Positions 21,325 to 30,930 of a stretch of 64,000 nucleotides of DNA are shown here, one piece after another. The DNA lies in assembly GCA_963798915.1 (NCBI GenBank), contig CAWCVB010000003.1:1-64000 (forward strand), given 5' to 3'. Source of the DNA: an uncultured Gemmatimonadales bacterium (GTDB taxonomy: Bacteria; Gemmatimonadota; Gemmatimonadetes; Gemmatimonadales; GWC2-71-9). Position 1 is the stretch's first letter, and the number at the start of each line of letters is the position of its first letter. The notes under the pieces are model-generated. The model did no database searches, was not told the origin of the DNA, and worked only from the letters and a program-made list of their open reading frames with translations. A program made the translations under genes and the position numbers.

Positions 21325-22776
21325 TCAAGGCGACTCCGGGACCGCGGCACCGTGACAGGCGCTGCACATCTGCGGATTCCGCTTTCTCAACCGCTTGGCA
21401 TCGAACCCCGGCCCGTGCGGACTGAAGTGCCGCCCGCCCAGCGCCGAATGGCAGGTCAGGCAGTCCCGCTCGGCATGGCAGGAGACACAGCTCTCGAGGT
21501 TCTGCCGTGCGGCGGGACCGTGTCCGAGAAGAAAGTTCTGCTTCGCGTCATGAAATCCCCCGCGCAACTGTCCCCGAGCAACGAGCCCAGCCTGCTGGTG
21601 GCATTCGGTACAGAATTGCCGGGTGTTGTGGCACTCGGCGCACGACACGTCGCGCCCATATGCCGAGGCAGGATGGCGGGCGAGGAACCCGGTTGGGTGG
21701 TAGCCGGGCGCCGAGGCGGCGCTGGGCCGATGGCAGTCGAGACAGTCCGCTCGCGCATGACAGACGGCGCAGCTCCTGGGAACAGCGGCGGCAGGCAGCG
21801 CATGCCGATCGGAAAAATCGTCCCCGTGGGACGCGGGTCGGCGCCGCACAACCAGGGCACCGGCACCCCGCCCCGGCCCGCCTGCATGGATCGCGACCGT
21901 CGCCTCCGGCTTTCCGACGTGACAGGTGAGGCAGCTTTCGCGGGTATGACAGACGGCACAGCGCTGCGGTGCGCGCTGTTCCAGCCGCCCATGGCGCTGC
22001 ACAAAATCTCCAGCGCCGTGACTGGCGGGTGCCTCGAGCTTCACTTCGATCGCGAGCGAGCGGGCATCGGGCGCGAGTGCCTGGATTGGCGGAACTTCCG
22101 GGGCATTCACGTGGCACCTGATGCAGAAGTCGCGGGCGTGGCAGGTCGCGCAGCTCGGCGAGACCCCGATTGGCGGCCGACCAGCCACCGGGGTCGGCTG
22201 GGCGAGCTTTCCATGGTTCTGGATGAATGACGTATCCTGGTGGGACGGGGGTTCGGGAAACGCTGCAATGCGTCCTCGCGAGAGTGTCGTTGCCTGGGCC
22301 AGCGTCAGGTGGCAGGTAGCGCAGGCGGTGTCGGGCGCTGTGAGGTGCTCAGCCTGAATACCATGGCAGTTCAGACAGCGTTGCCGCTCGGTACGCTGAA
22401 CCCTCATCCAGGGTGCATCCGGGCCAAGGTGACATGACGCGCACATGAGCGAATCGAGAGGGAAGCGTGCGCCGGCTCTGGCGGCATGCACCAGATGCTT
22501 GAAGCGAAGATTGGATGGCCGCGATGCGTCGGGCGGGCTCCAATCGACCTTCTTCTCGATGGTGCCGTCGTGGCAATTCGCGCAGATGGCCGGCGAGGGC
22601 CAGATCGACCGGGTGGAATCCTGTGCACCGGCGTGGCACCCCTGGCACACGGGAAAGACCTCGCGGTGCTGCCAGTGATCGAAGTGATCCTTCGCAGCTC
22701 GCGCGGCGAGTTGCCCTCGCGACCCGATCACGGCCACGGCACCCGCCACGACGAGGAGGTAGTGTACTGGCCTCAT
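21325..22776 (-). CDS. Periplasmic hexadecaheme cytochrome c
   Basis: 16 CxxCH motifs counted; hydrophobic signal peptide; ATGA overlap with the upstream gene. Confidence 0.9.
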   Translation of the reverse strand: MRPVHYLLVVAGAVAVIGSRGQLAARAAKDHFDHWQHREVFPVCQGCHAGAQDSTRSIWPSPAICANCHDGTIEKKVDWSPPDASRPSNLRFKHLVHAARAGARFPLDSLMCASCHLGPDAPWMRVQRTERQRCLNCHGIQAEHLTAPDTACATCHLTLAQATTLSRGRIAAFPEPPSHQDTSFIQNHGKLAQPTPVAGRPPIGVSPSCATCHARDFCIRCHVNAPEVPPIQALAPDARSLAIEVKLEAPASHGAGDFVQRHGRLEQRAPQRCAVCHTRESCLTCHVGKPEATVAIHAGGPGRGAGALVVRRRPASHGDDFSDRHALPAAAVPRSCAVCHARADCLDCHRPSAASAPGYHPTGFLARHPASAYGRDVSCAECHNTRQFCTECHQQAGLVARGQLRGGFHDAKQNFLLGHGPAARQNLESCVSCHAERDCLTCHSALGGRHFSPHGPGFDAKRLRKRNPQMCSACHGAAVPESP

Positions 22777-24278
22777 CGGCCCGCGCGCCTCCGGGCGCCC
22801 CGGATTGCTGGTGGGAGACGAAGACGGTCGGCGTCCGTGCCAAATATCCACGAGATCCGGCCCTGCAGCCGGAACTGATTCCAGTCGAAGGCCCCTGCGT
22901 CGGCCCGACGACGGGCCTCGAAGTACTGCGCCGCCGACAGGCTCATCTGCAATCGATCGGACGCGCCGAAGCTGGCATCGAGGCCAATCGCGTCCACCTG
23001 CGCTTCATCGAAGCGGAGCTCGAGCGGCCGGGCCAGCGTGGAGCCGAAGGCTGAGAGCGAGAAGCGCGAAACTGGACGCCAGGTCACCTGGGCATCCCAG
23101 GTGCGCGACGACGCCCCCGCTCCGAACTCGGCGCGGTAGCCAGCGTCCAGCGTGAGGGTCGGGCTCGCCGATACAGTCGCAGAAATTGAGGATCGCCATC
23201 CCCGGTCTTCGACCGTCACGAGTCCGGTCTCGGCGAATGACTCGGTGTACCAGTAGCGCTCCCCGCTGGCGCGCAAGCGGACGCGCCGGGCCGGCGCGAA
23301 CGAGATGGACCCGTCGATGGCGGTATAGGGAACGGCGGCGAAGGCGCCCCAGATGGTCCACAGGTCGAAATGCGGCCGGTATCGCCTCACGCCCGCATCA
23401 GCAGTGAAGCGGCGATCCACGAACCGGAGAAACACTTCGGAACTGCCCCACCATCCCTGGGCCAGGTCGTACTCCGTCGCACCCGTGAGGCTCACATGCC
23501 CCATGGGACGAAGCCCGGCACTGAGGGCGGCGCGCTCGGAGCTGAAGAAGTGGGTTGATCGGTCCACCTCGCGCAGGTACTCGGCTCGGAGGTCGGCCCA
23601 GTGACTGCGCCAGTCCAGCGCTGCGCCTGCCGTGAGACTCCGTTGCGGCACCTGAAACTCGTCCAGCGGGTTGAGCGACGGGCTGTTGACGGGGATGTCG
23701 GTGCTTCGCGCCATGCCCCAGCCGCCATAGCCGGTCAGCTCGAGTCCGAGCCGCAGCACGCGCACCGTTACGGCGGCTCCATCAATTCCCGTCCAACCGA
23801 ACCGCCCGGTGATGTGCTGTCGTCCCAGGCGTGCCCTGAGGCCGGGCGTCTCGTACTCCGCGTACCCCTCGAGCAACTGAACCGCCGGCTGGGTACCAGG
23901 CCAGATGTTGTCCTTCCCGAGATCGACGCCCCACCGCGCATTCCCCCGAAGCCTGAGCCCGCTGACGCCCACGCCCCACGCTGTCAGGTCAACGCTGCTC
24001 ACCAGGGGATAGCTGGCCTGTCGCGGGCCGGGCCGAAAGTAGGTGCAGTAGGTACTGGAGCCCGGGCAGACGACCGCAAATCCGTCCGCCGACTCGGGAC
24101 CCCCGCTTGGGCCGACAACCGCGGCGCTGGAGAGGATGCTATCCTCTGCCACGCCGCGGAATGCCACCGCCTGAAAGCGGGTGTCCACGCGCAGCTGGTA
24201 ATCCTGGGCAGAGAGGACGCTCGAGACCAGGCAGGTCAGGGCAATGCCCAGGGCAGCCGGCTGGCGCGGGCGACTTAC
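22773..24278 (-). CDS. Outer-membrane beta-barrel (porin of a putative porin-cytochrome complex)
   Basis: Signal peptide ending VLSA-QD, alternating aromatic beta-strands, RLGRQ motif, late RISWIF strand; lies between multiheme genes; start codon atypical. Confidence 0.78.
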   Translation of the reverse strand, partial: VSRPRQPAALGIALTCLVSSVLSAQDYQLRVDTRFQAVAFRGVAEDSILSSAAVVGPSGGPESADGFAVVCPGSSTYCTYFRPGPRQASYPLVSSVDLTAWGVGVSGLRLRGNARWGVDLGKDNIWPGTQPAVQLLEGYAEYETPGLRARLGRQHITGRFGWTGIDGAAVTVRVLRLGLELTGYGGWGMARSTDIPVNSPSLNPLDEFQVPQRSLTAGAALDWRSHWADLRAEYLREVDRSTHFFSSERAALSAGLRPMGHVSLTGATEYDLAQGWWGSSEVFLRFVDRRFTADAGVRRYRPHFDLWTIWGAFAAVPYTAIDGSISFAPARRVRLRASGERYWYTESFAETGLVTVEDRGWRSSISATVSASPTLTLDAGYRAEFGAGASSRTWDAQVTWRPVSRFSLSAFGSTLARPLELRFDEAQVDAIGLDASFGASDRLQMSLSAAQYFEARRRADAGAFDWNQFRLQGRISWIFGTDADRLRLPPAIRGARRRAGR

Positions 24279-24985
24279 GATGCCGCCCTCCCTCGACTGA
24301 GCTGTTGCCGAAGTTCCGCTGGCGAGCGCTGGAAATGGCAGACACTGCACTCCTTTTCCGCATGATGGTCCTGCTCGGGCGAGTGGCAGGCCAGGCAGAA
24401 CGAACGGGTCGGAACCAGCCGCGCGATGGTGGCGGGAGTGTGGCACCGATCACAGGCCACGTGGGTCATCGCCGGGTGCTTCACTGCCGCCGTCTCAGGT
24501 CGATGGCATACGGCGCAATCCCGGGCCTGAGCGTGGTGCTGGTCGTGGCAGCCAATACAGGTCCGGGCCGAGTCCGCCGGAGCCATGGTGACGGGTGTGA
24601 CGTGGCAGCGAGTGCAGGCGAGACTGTCGTGCTTCGCGTGAGGAAACTGCACTGGTCGACGCTGCGGCTCGTGCCGGGGCACGGCCACGGTCACCTCCAC
24701 CGCCACTGCCGCCGCAAGCTGGTTGGCCTCGTGGCATGCTCTGCAATCCGCCTTGGCGGGACGCTGGTGATGGCAGATCTGGCAGCCACGAGGTGGCTCG
24801 AATGTCAGTGGCTGTGTCTCCGATCGAAGATCGTGACAGGTGAGACAGGCGAGGCGCCGGTGGCGTGCGTGCGGGAAAGAGTCGCTGACAGCGGCGTCGG
24901 ACGCCTGGTGGCGTGCCGCCAGAATACTGTGGCCGCCGTGGGGCGGCCACAGGTAGAGGACGGCAAGGAGGAGGCCGAGTTGCAC
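24275..24985 (-). CDS. Nonaheme cytochrome c (c3/c7-like repeats)
   Basis: 9 CxxCH motifs, two FPHA.H distal-His motifs, N-terminal signal, GGGGGAG RBS. Confidence 0.9.
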   Translation of the reverse strand: MQLGLLLAVLYLWPPHGGHSILAARHQASDAAVSDSFPHARHRRLACLTCHDLRSETQPLTFEPPRGCQICHHQRPAKADCRACHEANQLAAAVAVEVTVAVPRHEPQRRPVQFPHAKHDSLACTRCHVTPVTMAPADSARTCIGCHDQHHAQARDCAVCHRPETAAVKHPAMTHVACDRCHTPATIARLVPTRSFCLACHSPEQDHHAEKECSVCHFQRSPAELRQQLSRGRAAS

Positions 24986-25001
24986 CCTCGGCTCCCCCGA
25001 A

Positions 25002-26690
25002 TCAGCGTGTGGGCGGCTGGTAGAGTACGCCCGGCCGCGTGAGGGCCCGGTCCATCACGGCGCGGACACTCACGTTGGGGTTTGCGAGGCCGTACTCCGT
25101 CTTCACCGCGTCAATCGAGGCCGCCAGCATCGCCTCGTAGTAGAATGGGTTGTGCACCCCGTGCGAGCCCTCAAGGTGTCGCTGGCTCGAACCAGTTGCG
25201 TTCAGGTACGGAATCTCGCTGAACAAAATCGTGTTGTAGAACGCCTTCTCCGCCGTGCTCGAGATCGAGCTGTTGGTGAACTCCCCGGGATTGTTTGCCA
25301 GGACCTGCGCGAGATATCCCTGATCCGTCGGTGCGGGATCGAGGTATCCGTTGTTGTTGACGTCGGACCACAGCTGAGCCGCCAGCGTGCCGATGGCCGT
25401 GCGCTCCGAATTCAGGAGCTGCGCTGCCGTGCTGGCGTCGGCGTGGCAGCCACTTGCCGCGCAGGCGCTCCAGTTCCGGGCGCTGGCCGTGAAGGCGCAC
25501 GCGTCATCGTATGGATCGACCGGAATGCCGCTGGGTTGCACGCACGGAATCGGCTGGAACAAGTGGCCGACCGAGGTGAACGTCCCGCCAGGCAGGCTGG
25601 CATCGTTGACGGTATACCGGACGACATGGCAGCCGGCGCAGGTCTCCGGATTTCGGCTGGCGTTCCCGTGGGAGCTCGGCCCCTGGAAGGTGAGCCCGGG
25701 AGGTTCCCACCCTGCATCGCCGAACACGACCGGCCCCTGCGCGCCATGCGCACCCCGCTGCCCCTGCGGCAGGTTCGGGTCCGCGACGTTCAGCGACGTG
25801 AAGGGGGTAAATGCCAGGCTCGGTTTCGCACTGTTGTTGTGACAGTGGGCGCAGAGATTCTGGTTGATGTCGCTGGTGGTCACCGGCAGGCGCAGCTGGC
25901 CCTTGATGGGCTTGCCGTCCGGCCCCTGAACGGAGCCATGCGGATCGTGACAGACGGCGCAGGTCTGCGGGAACTCGTAGGTCAGTCCCGCATCGAGCTC
26001 CACGAAGTTGGTCCGCTGCACGTTCAAGTCGACGAGGACCTGCTTCCCGCTATGACACTGGGGTCCGCAGCTGGCGCCGCCGTGCGAGTTCACCACGCTG
26101 TCGCCGTGGCCCGACTGTCTCCACTGCTCCACGTACGGCGTGTGCCCCTCGTTGTTGTGACATGCACCACAGGTGGCCCCGGCCGGAGCATGCGTCACGC
26201 TGGTGTCGGTCGGATCGAAGACGTTGGCACGCGCCAGCGGCCACTTGGTCGGGTCGTCAGGCGTGACGACATGGTCGATCCCCGGGCCGTGGCAGCTTTC
26301 GCACTGCACATCCCGGTACACGCTATCGCTGGTCAGGTCCCAGCCAGCCTCCTTGCCCAGGAGACCGACCATGTTTCCGCGCGCCGTCACGTCATGGCAG
26401 CTGAAGCACTCCGGCGCCGCGTTGGGCACCTGCGCAATGAGATTCTCGAATGCCGAAGCATGGGCAGTCTTTGCCCAGTCGGCCTGGTGCCCGACATGGC
26501 AGTTCCCGCAGGTGGTCTGCTTGGTACTCACCGTGAAGAAGCCGAGAAAGCCGTTCGCGGGATCGGCCGGGGGATTGAAAGGCTCCCGGTCCCTGAACAC
26601 GGTGTTGGTGCATGCCGCGCCCACGAGCGCCGTAACGACCGTGAGATACAGCACCATGCGAGGTGAGACGACTCGGGACCGGGGCGACAT
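25002..26690 (-). CDS. Multiheme cytochrome c lipoprotein (7 CxxCH + CX3CH + CX4CH)
   Basis: Lipobox-like VGAA-C; c554-like W..TAHA..F and VQCESCHGPG; C-terminal GSHGVHNPFY. Confidence 0.88.
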   Translation of the reverse strand: MSPRSRVVSPRMVLYLTVVTALVGAACTNTVFRDREPFNPPADPANGFLGFFTVSTKQTTCGNCHVGHQADWAKTAHASAFENLIAQVPNAAPECFSCHDVTARGNMVGLLGKEAGWDLTSDSVYRDVQCESCHGPGIDHVVTPDDPTKWPLARANVFDPTDTSVTHAPAGATCGACHNNEGHTPYVEQWRQSGHGDSVVNSHGGASCGPQCHSGKQVLVDLNVQRTNFVELDAGLTYEFPQTCAVCHDPHGSVQGPDGKPIKGQLRLPVTTSDINQNLCAHCHNNSAKPSLAFTPFTSLNVADPNLPQGQRGAHGAQGPVVFGDAGWEPPGLTFQGPSSHGNASRNPETCAGCHVVRYTVNDASLPGGTFTSVGHLFQPIPCVQPSGIPVDPYDDACAFTASARNWSACAASGCHADASTAAQLLNSERTAIGTLAAQLWSDVNNNGYLDPAPTDQGYLAQVLANNPGEFTNSSISSTAEKAFYNTILFSEIPYLNATGSSQRHLEGSHGVHNPFYYEAMLAASIDAVKTEYGLANPNVSVRAVMDRALTRPGVLYQPPTR

Positions 26691-27044
26691 GGCACCCCCC
26701 TTGAGGGTGGATCCGTGGGATTACCGAGAGCGCTGTTGAATTGATATCTGGGAAAGCACGCCATTCCGCAAGGCGGTATGAGCCACAGTGAGGGAATCTT
26801 CCTGCAGTGTTGGGCATTTCTTCATGAAGACGGAAGCACCTCGGCCAGTGCGAGAATAAGGAAGACTTCATTCCGCCTTCCGATCACCTTCACTCCCGTC
26901 GCCTATAGGTGTGTTGTACACGACGCCTCGGCGCACTGCGCCGTTCCTGGCACTGCCCATCCGATGGTGTTCGCACCTGTTGCGGCGGAGGCACCCGCTA
27001 CCCGCTATGAGACTGTGCGCCACCCCTCTCGGTCGCGTCGCGCC

Positions 27045-29390
27045 ATGAGGCGCGTCGACCGCAGAACCTTCCTCAAGAAGTCAGCCGTCGTCTCGGCGGC
27101 CACTGCCGCCTCCGCGCTGGTGCCGGCTATCGCCGTGCCTGCCGGCACCAATCTCCTGCAGGCCACCCGGACAGCGCTCGCCTGGAAGAAGGCACCCTGT
27201 CGCCTCTGCGGAGTGGGCTGCGGGCTGCTGGTCGGCATCGAGCAGGGTCGGGCGGTGGCCGTGAAGGGCGACCGCGATTCGCCCGTTGGCAAGGGGTCGG
27301 CGTGCGTGAAGGGGTACTACTCGGTGCAGGCGCTCTATGGCCGCGATCGCGTCACGCAAGCCCTGATTCGGCGTGGGGGCGCGCTGGTGCCTGTGCCGCT
27401 CGCGGAGGCCCTGGATCTGGTGGCCCGCCAGCTCGGCGAGACGGTCCGGCAGCATGGCAAGGACAGCGTGGCGCTTTATGGATCGGCCCAGTGGACCATT
27501 CCCGATGCCTACGTGGCGTCAAAGCTCTTCAAGGGGGCCTTGGGCACCAACAACATCGAGACCAGCACCCGGCTGTACGCGGCCAGCGCCATGGCCGGTC
27601 TCGAGAGCAGTTTCGGCCTCGATGGCGCGATCGGCTGCTACGAGGATATCGACCACGCCGATGTGTTCGTGCTGTGGGACGACAACCTGGCCGAAACCGA
27701 TCCGGTCCTGTTCTCCCGGATGCTCGACCGGCGCCAGCACAACCCGGCAGCTCGCATTATCCATGTCTCCACCCGGACTACGCGAACCAGTTATGCGGCT
27801 GACCACACGTTGCTGCACGTGCCGCACGCCGAACTGGCGATCGCCAACGCCCTCTGCCATGAGCTCGTGGCGCAGAAGCTGGTGGATCGCGAGTTCGTGA
27901 GCCGGTACGTCGCGTTCAAGCGGGGCAGGACCGACATCGGTATCGGCCTCGCGGGCGACGTGCCCATTCCGGATACTGCCACCGACGCCACCTGGGACAG
28001 CTACGTCGCGTTCCTCGACCGGTACGAGCCGCGCCGTCTCCAGGTGCTCACGGGCGTCCCGGCCGAGGACATCCGATGGCTCGCATCCGTCTATGGCGAC
28101 CGGGCGCGCAAGGTCATGTCGGTCTGGGGAACCGATGTGAACCAGGACGTGCGCGGCACCTGGATCAACAACCTCCTGTACAATATCCATCTGCTGGTGG
28201 GGAAGGTTGGGACTCCTGGCAACAGCCCGTTCTGCACCACGGGCCAGCCCAGTGGCGGATGCGCGGTCCACGACGCGGGGACCTTGACCCACACGCTGCC
28301 GCGCGGTGTCGTGCACAACGAACAGGATCGTCGCCGCGCCGCCGAAATCTGGGGAGTACCGGCCGGCCAGATCGACCCCCGGCCGACCCACAGCGCGCTT
28401 CCGATGTTCCGCGCCCTCGAACAGGGCGATATCCGCTTTCTGTGGATCCAAGCCACGGATCCGATGCTCAGCCTTCCCAACCTGACTCGCTACCGGCAGG
28501 CCGCAGCTCGGGAGGGACGCTTCATCGTGGTGTCGGAGGTTTTCCCTACGCCGACCACGGATATCGCGGACGTGGTGCTGCCCGCCGCGATGTGGATCGA
28601 GCGGGAGGGCGTTTTTGCCAACGTCGAGCGCCGCCTGCAGCACTTCGATCGCATGATCGCCCCGCCAGGAGATGCGACCAGCGACGCATGGCTGATGATC
28701 GAGGTCGCGCGCCGGCTGGGCTTCGCCAAACTCTTTCCCTGGGACCAGCCGCATCACGTCGACCAGATCTGGACGGAGTACAGCCGCTTCCACCAGGACC
28801 CGCAGAGCGCGCTCCCCCCTCTCGCCGAGTTGCGCGCGCAGCCAGGCGTGATGTGGCCCTATGTGGATGGGCGCGCGACACGATGGCGCTACAACACGGC
28901 GCACGACCCGGCCGCCGACCGGACCCGGGGTGACTTCGACTTCTACGGTCATCCGGATCGCCGCGCCTGGATCTGGCTGCGGCCCCACGAGGCGCCGGCC
29001 GAAGTGCCTGATCGGGAGTATCCCTTCTGGCTGAGCAGCGGCGCTGTGCTCGAGCACTGGGGGAGGGGCTCCATGACGCAGCGCATCCCCATCCTCCATC
29101 AAGCCCTCCCGCATGCGTATGTGGAGATGCATCGCGACGATGCGAAGCAGCTCGGCATCCGCAACCACGACCGCGTGCGGGTGGTGAGCCGGCGGGGCGC
29201 TCTCGAAGTCGAAGCCCGGCTCGACTATCGCTCGCAGCCATCACGCGGTCAGCTGTTCGTTCCGTGGTTTGACGAGGCCGTGCCGGTCAACCGGCTCGCG
29301 CTCGATGCCGCCTGTCCGCTGTCGGGACAGCCGGATGCCAGCAAGTGTGCCGTGAGAGTGGAACGCGTGCGCCCAGGGAGCGGCGGGTGA
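27045..29390 (+). CDS. Tat-exported molybdopterin oxidoreductase, NapA-like with altered active site
   Basis: DRRTFLKK Tat motif; KAPCRLCGVGC...CVKG Fe-S motif; GSAQWTI, GCYEDID, TGQPS, YPFWLSSGAVLEHW, FVPWFDE all track NapA. Confidence 0.88.
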   Translation: MRRVDRRTFLKKSAVVSAATAASALVPAIAVPAGTNLLQATRTALAWKKAPCRLCGVGCGLLVGIEQGRAVAVKGDRDSPVGKGSACVKGYYSVQALYGRDRVTQALIRRGGALVPVPLAEALDLVARQLGETVRQHGKDSVALYGSAQWTIPDAYVASKLFKGALGTNNIETSTRLYAASAMAGLESSFGLDGAIGCYEDIDHADVFVLWDDNLAETDPVLFSRMLDRRQHNPAARIIHVSTRTTRTSYAADHTLLHVPHAELAIANALCHELVAQKLVDREFVSRYVAFKRGRTDIGIGLAGDVPIPDTATDATWDSYVAFLDRYEPRRLQVLTGVPAEDIRWLASVYGDRARKVMSVWGTDVNQDVRGTWINNLLYNIHLLVGKVGTPGNSPFCTTGQPSGGCAVHDAGTLTHTLPRGVVHNEQDRRRAAEIWGVPAGQIDPRPTHSALPMFRALEQGDIRFLWIQATDPMLSLPNLTRYRQAAAREGRFIVVSEVFPTPTTDIADVVLPAAMWIEREGVFANVERRLQHFDRMIAPPGDATSDAWLMIEVARRLGFAKLFPWDQPHHVDQIWTEYSRFHQDPQSALPPLAELRAQPGVMWPYVDGRATRWRYNTAHDPAADRTRGDFDFYGHPDRRAWIWLRPHEAPAEVPDREYPFWLSSGAVLEHWGRGSMTQRIPILHQALPHAYVEMHRDDAKQLGIRNHDRVRVVSRRGALEVEARLDYRSQPSRGQLFVPWFDEAVPVNRLALDAACPLSGQPDASKCAVRVERVRPGSGG

Positions 29391-30208
29391 GCGCCGGCGG
29401 TTCGGGATTCGTCGGCCGGGTTCTGGCGGTATTCCTGCTGGTGTCCGCCATTACGGCAATCGCCTCGGCAATCGTCGCGATCCGGCGGCAGCCTTCCCCT
29501 CCGACTCCTCGGCCAGAACCGGTTGCGGTCGCCATGCTCACGCCACCGACGGACTCCATTGCCGCCGAGGCGCAGGTGTTCGAACTCCGCGCCGGGATGA
29601 TGGCCTTCGCATTCTCCATCCGCCGGGAGCGGCAGGCTCACCCCCGCACGCTCACGACGTATCACTACCTCCGCGCCTATCCAGGAGCGCCGCCACGCAT
29701 CCCCCATGAACTGACCCCCGACGAGTTCCGTACCAGCGCCTGCAAGGCGTGCCACGAACGCGGTGGCTATTCACGGCGGTTCGTCGCGTACGTGCCGGTC
29801 ACACCGCATCCCGACCGGGGGCCCTGTCTCCAGTGTCACGTCGGTGTTGATCAGCTCATGGGAGTCCCGCTGATCAGTCCGGATCCGAATCGGCGCTGTC
29901 ATCAATGCCATGGCGGGGGCGGCAAGCCCCAGGCCACTTCCGATGCCTTGCTCGACTGGCGCACGAATGCGTGGCCGCTTCTGGCTCCGGTCACGCACGA
30001 TCAGAACCCGCCCCCGATTCCGCACGACCCGCAATTCAGAGAGAACTGTCTGGCGTGCCACGCGGGACCCGCCGCCGTGGCGGAGATCCGGACGACTCAC
30101 CCGGACCGCGCGGACTGCCGCGGGTGCCATGTCGCACGCGATCCGGAGGCGAAGCCGTTTGTGCGCGCCGTGAGCGCCGGCCAGGCGGATGCCGGAGATG
30201 CCCGATGA
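29387..30208 (+). CDS. NapB-like pentaheme cytochrome c (two tandem NapB-like units), N-terminal membrane anchor
   Basis: AYPGAPPRIPH..CKACH..TPHP..CLQCH; CHQCH; PPPIPH..CLACH..THP..CRGCH; GTGA overlap. Confidence 0.82.
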   Translation: MSAGGSGFVGRVLAVFLLVSAITAIASAIVAIRRQPSPPTPRPEPVAVAMLTPPTDSIAAEAQVFELRAGMMAFAFSIRRERQAHPRTLTTYHYLRAYPGAPPRIPHELTPDEFRTSACKACHERGGYSRRFVAYVPVTPHPDRGPCLQCHVGVDQLMGVPLISPDPNRRCHQCHGGGGKPQATSDALLDWRTNAWPLLAPVTHDQNPPPIPHDPQFRENCLACHAGPAAVAEIRTTHPDRADCRGCHVARDPEAKPFVRAVSAGQADAGDAR

Positions 30209-30930
30209 GTCGCCTCGGGATTCCGGCCGTCGCGCTCCTGATGGGAGTCGCCATGGCGCCGTCAGCCTGCAGCCACCGGCGCGACGCGGTCGCGACGCGC
30301 CGTTCCGAGGCCGGGCCGGATACGCTCCGGTCGCGGGCGGAGTCTACCTGGAAGGCGTTCACGGCGACACGGGAGCCAGGCAGCCTGGCAATGGTCCCAG
30401 CCGCCCGTGTCCTGGGCTGGGCCGGATCGGGAAACCGAACATTCGAGGTCGCGACACGCACTTCCGAGGACGCCGGGCACGCGCGCAGGTTCGGGACCCA
30501 GACGCTGCAGACGTCGCTGCGCACGCGGCCGCTGGGCCAGTACCCGTGCACCTCTTGCCACCTCGGCCGAAGGGTCACGATGACCGACCGGCGAGCCGGC
30601 GATGTTCACCATGACGTACAGCCGGCGCATCCCAGGCAGACCGGTGCGCGCTGCTCGACGTGTCATGCCTCGGAGGACGTGCAGCTGCTGGCGTTGGAGA
30701 ACGGCGAGCGCGTGACCTTGGACCAGAGCTACCGGCTCTGCGCCGACTGTCATTACGCCCAGGTCAACGCATGGGCCCATGGCGCCCACGGCAAACGTCT
30801 GGATGGCTGGCAGGGGCGCCGTGTGGTCATGGCGTGTCCCGACTGCCACGACCCGCACCAGCCGGGCCTCGTGAAGCGCATTCCATTTCGCGCCCCCACG
30901 GTTGAACGAATCCGGGAGGCTGGCCAATGA
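30205..30930 (+). CDS. Tetraheme cytochrome c, probable lipoprotein
   Basis: APSA-C after a hydrophobic stretch; CTSCH, CSTCH, CADCH, CPDCHDPH; W..GAHGKR. Confidence 0.82.
   Translation: MSRLGIPAVALLMGVAMAPSACSHRRDAVATRRSEAGPDTLRSRAESTWKAFTATREPGSLAMVPAARVLGWAGSGNRTFEVATRTSEDAGHARRFGTQTLQTSLRTRPLGQYPCTSCHLGRRVTMTDRRAGDVHHDVQPAHPRQTGARCSTCHASEDVQLLALENGERVTLDQSYRLCADCHYAQVNAWAHGAHGKRLDGWQGRRVVMACPDCHDPHQPGLVKRIPFRAPTVERIREAGQ

Noticed and set aside
26741..26754. FNR/CRP box
   Set aside because: Only the TTGAT half-site matches; the other half is GGGAA.
27045..29390. Assigning the gene symbol napA
   Set aside because: The catalytic Cys and neighbouring residues are not conserved, and nap accessory genes are absent.
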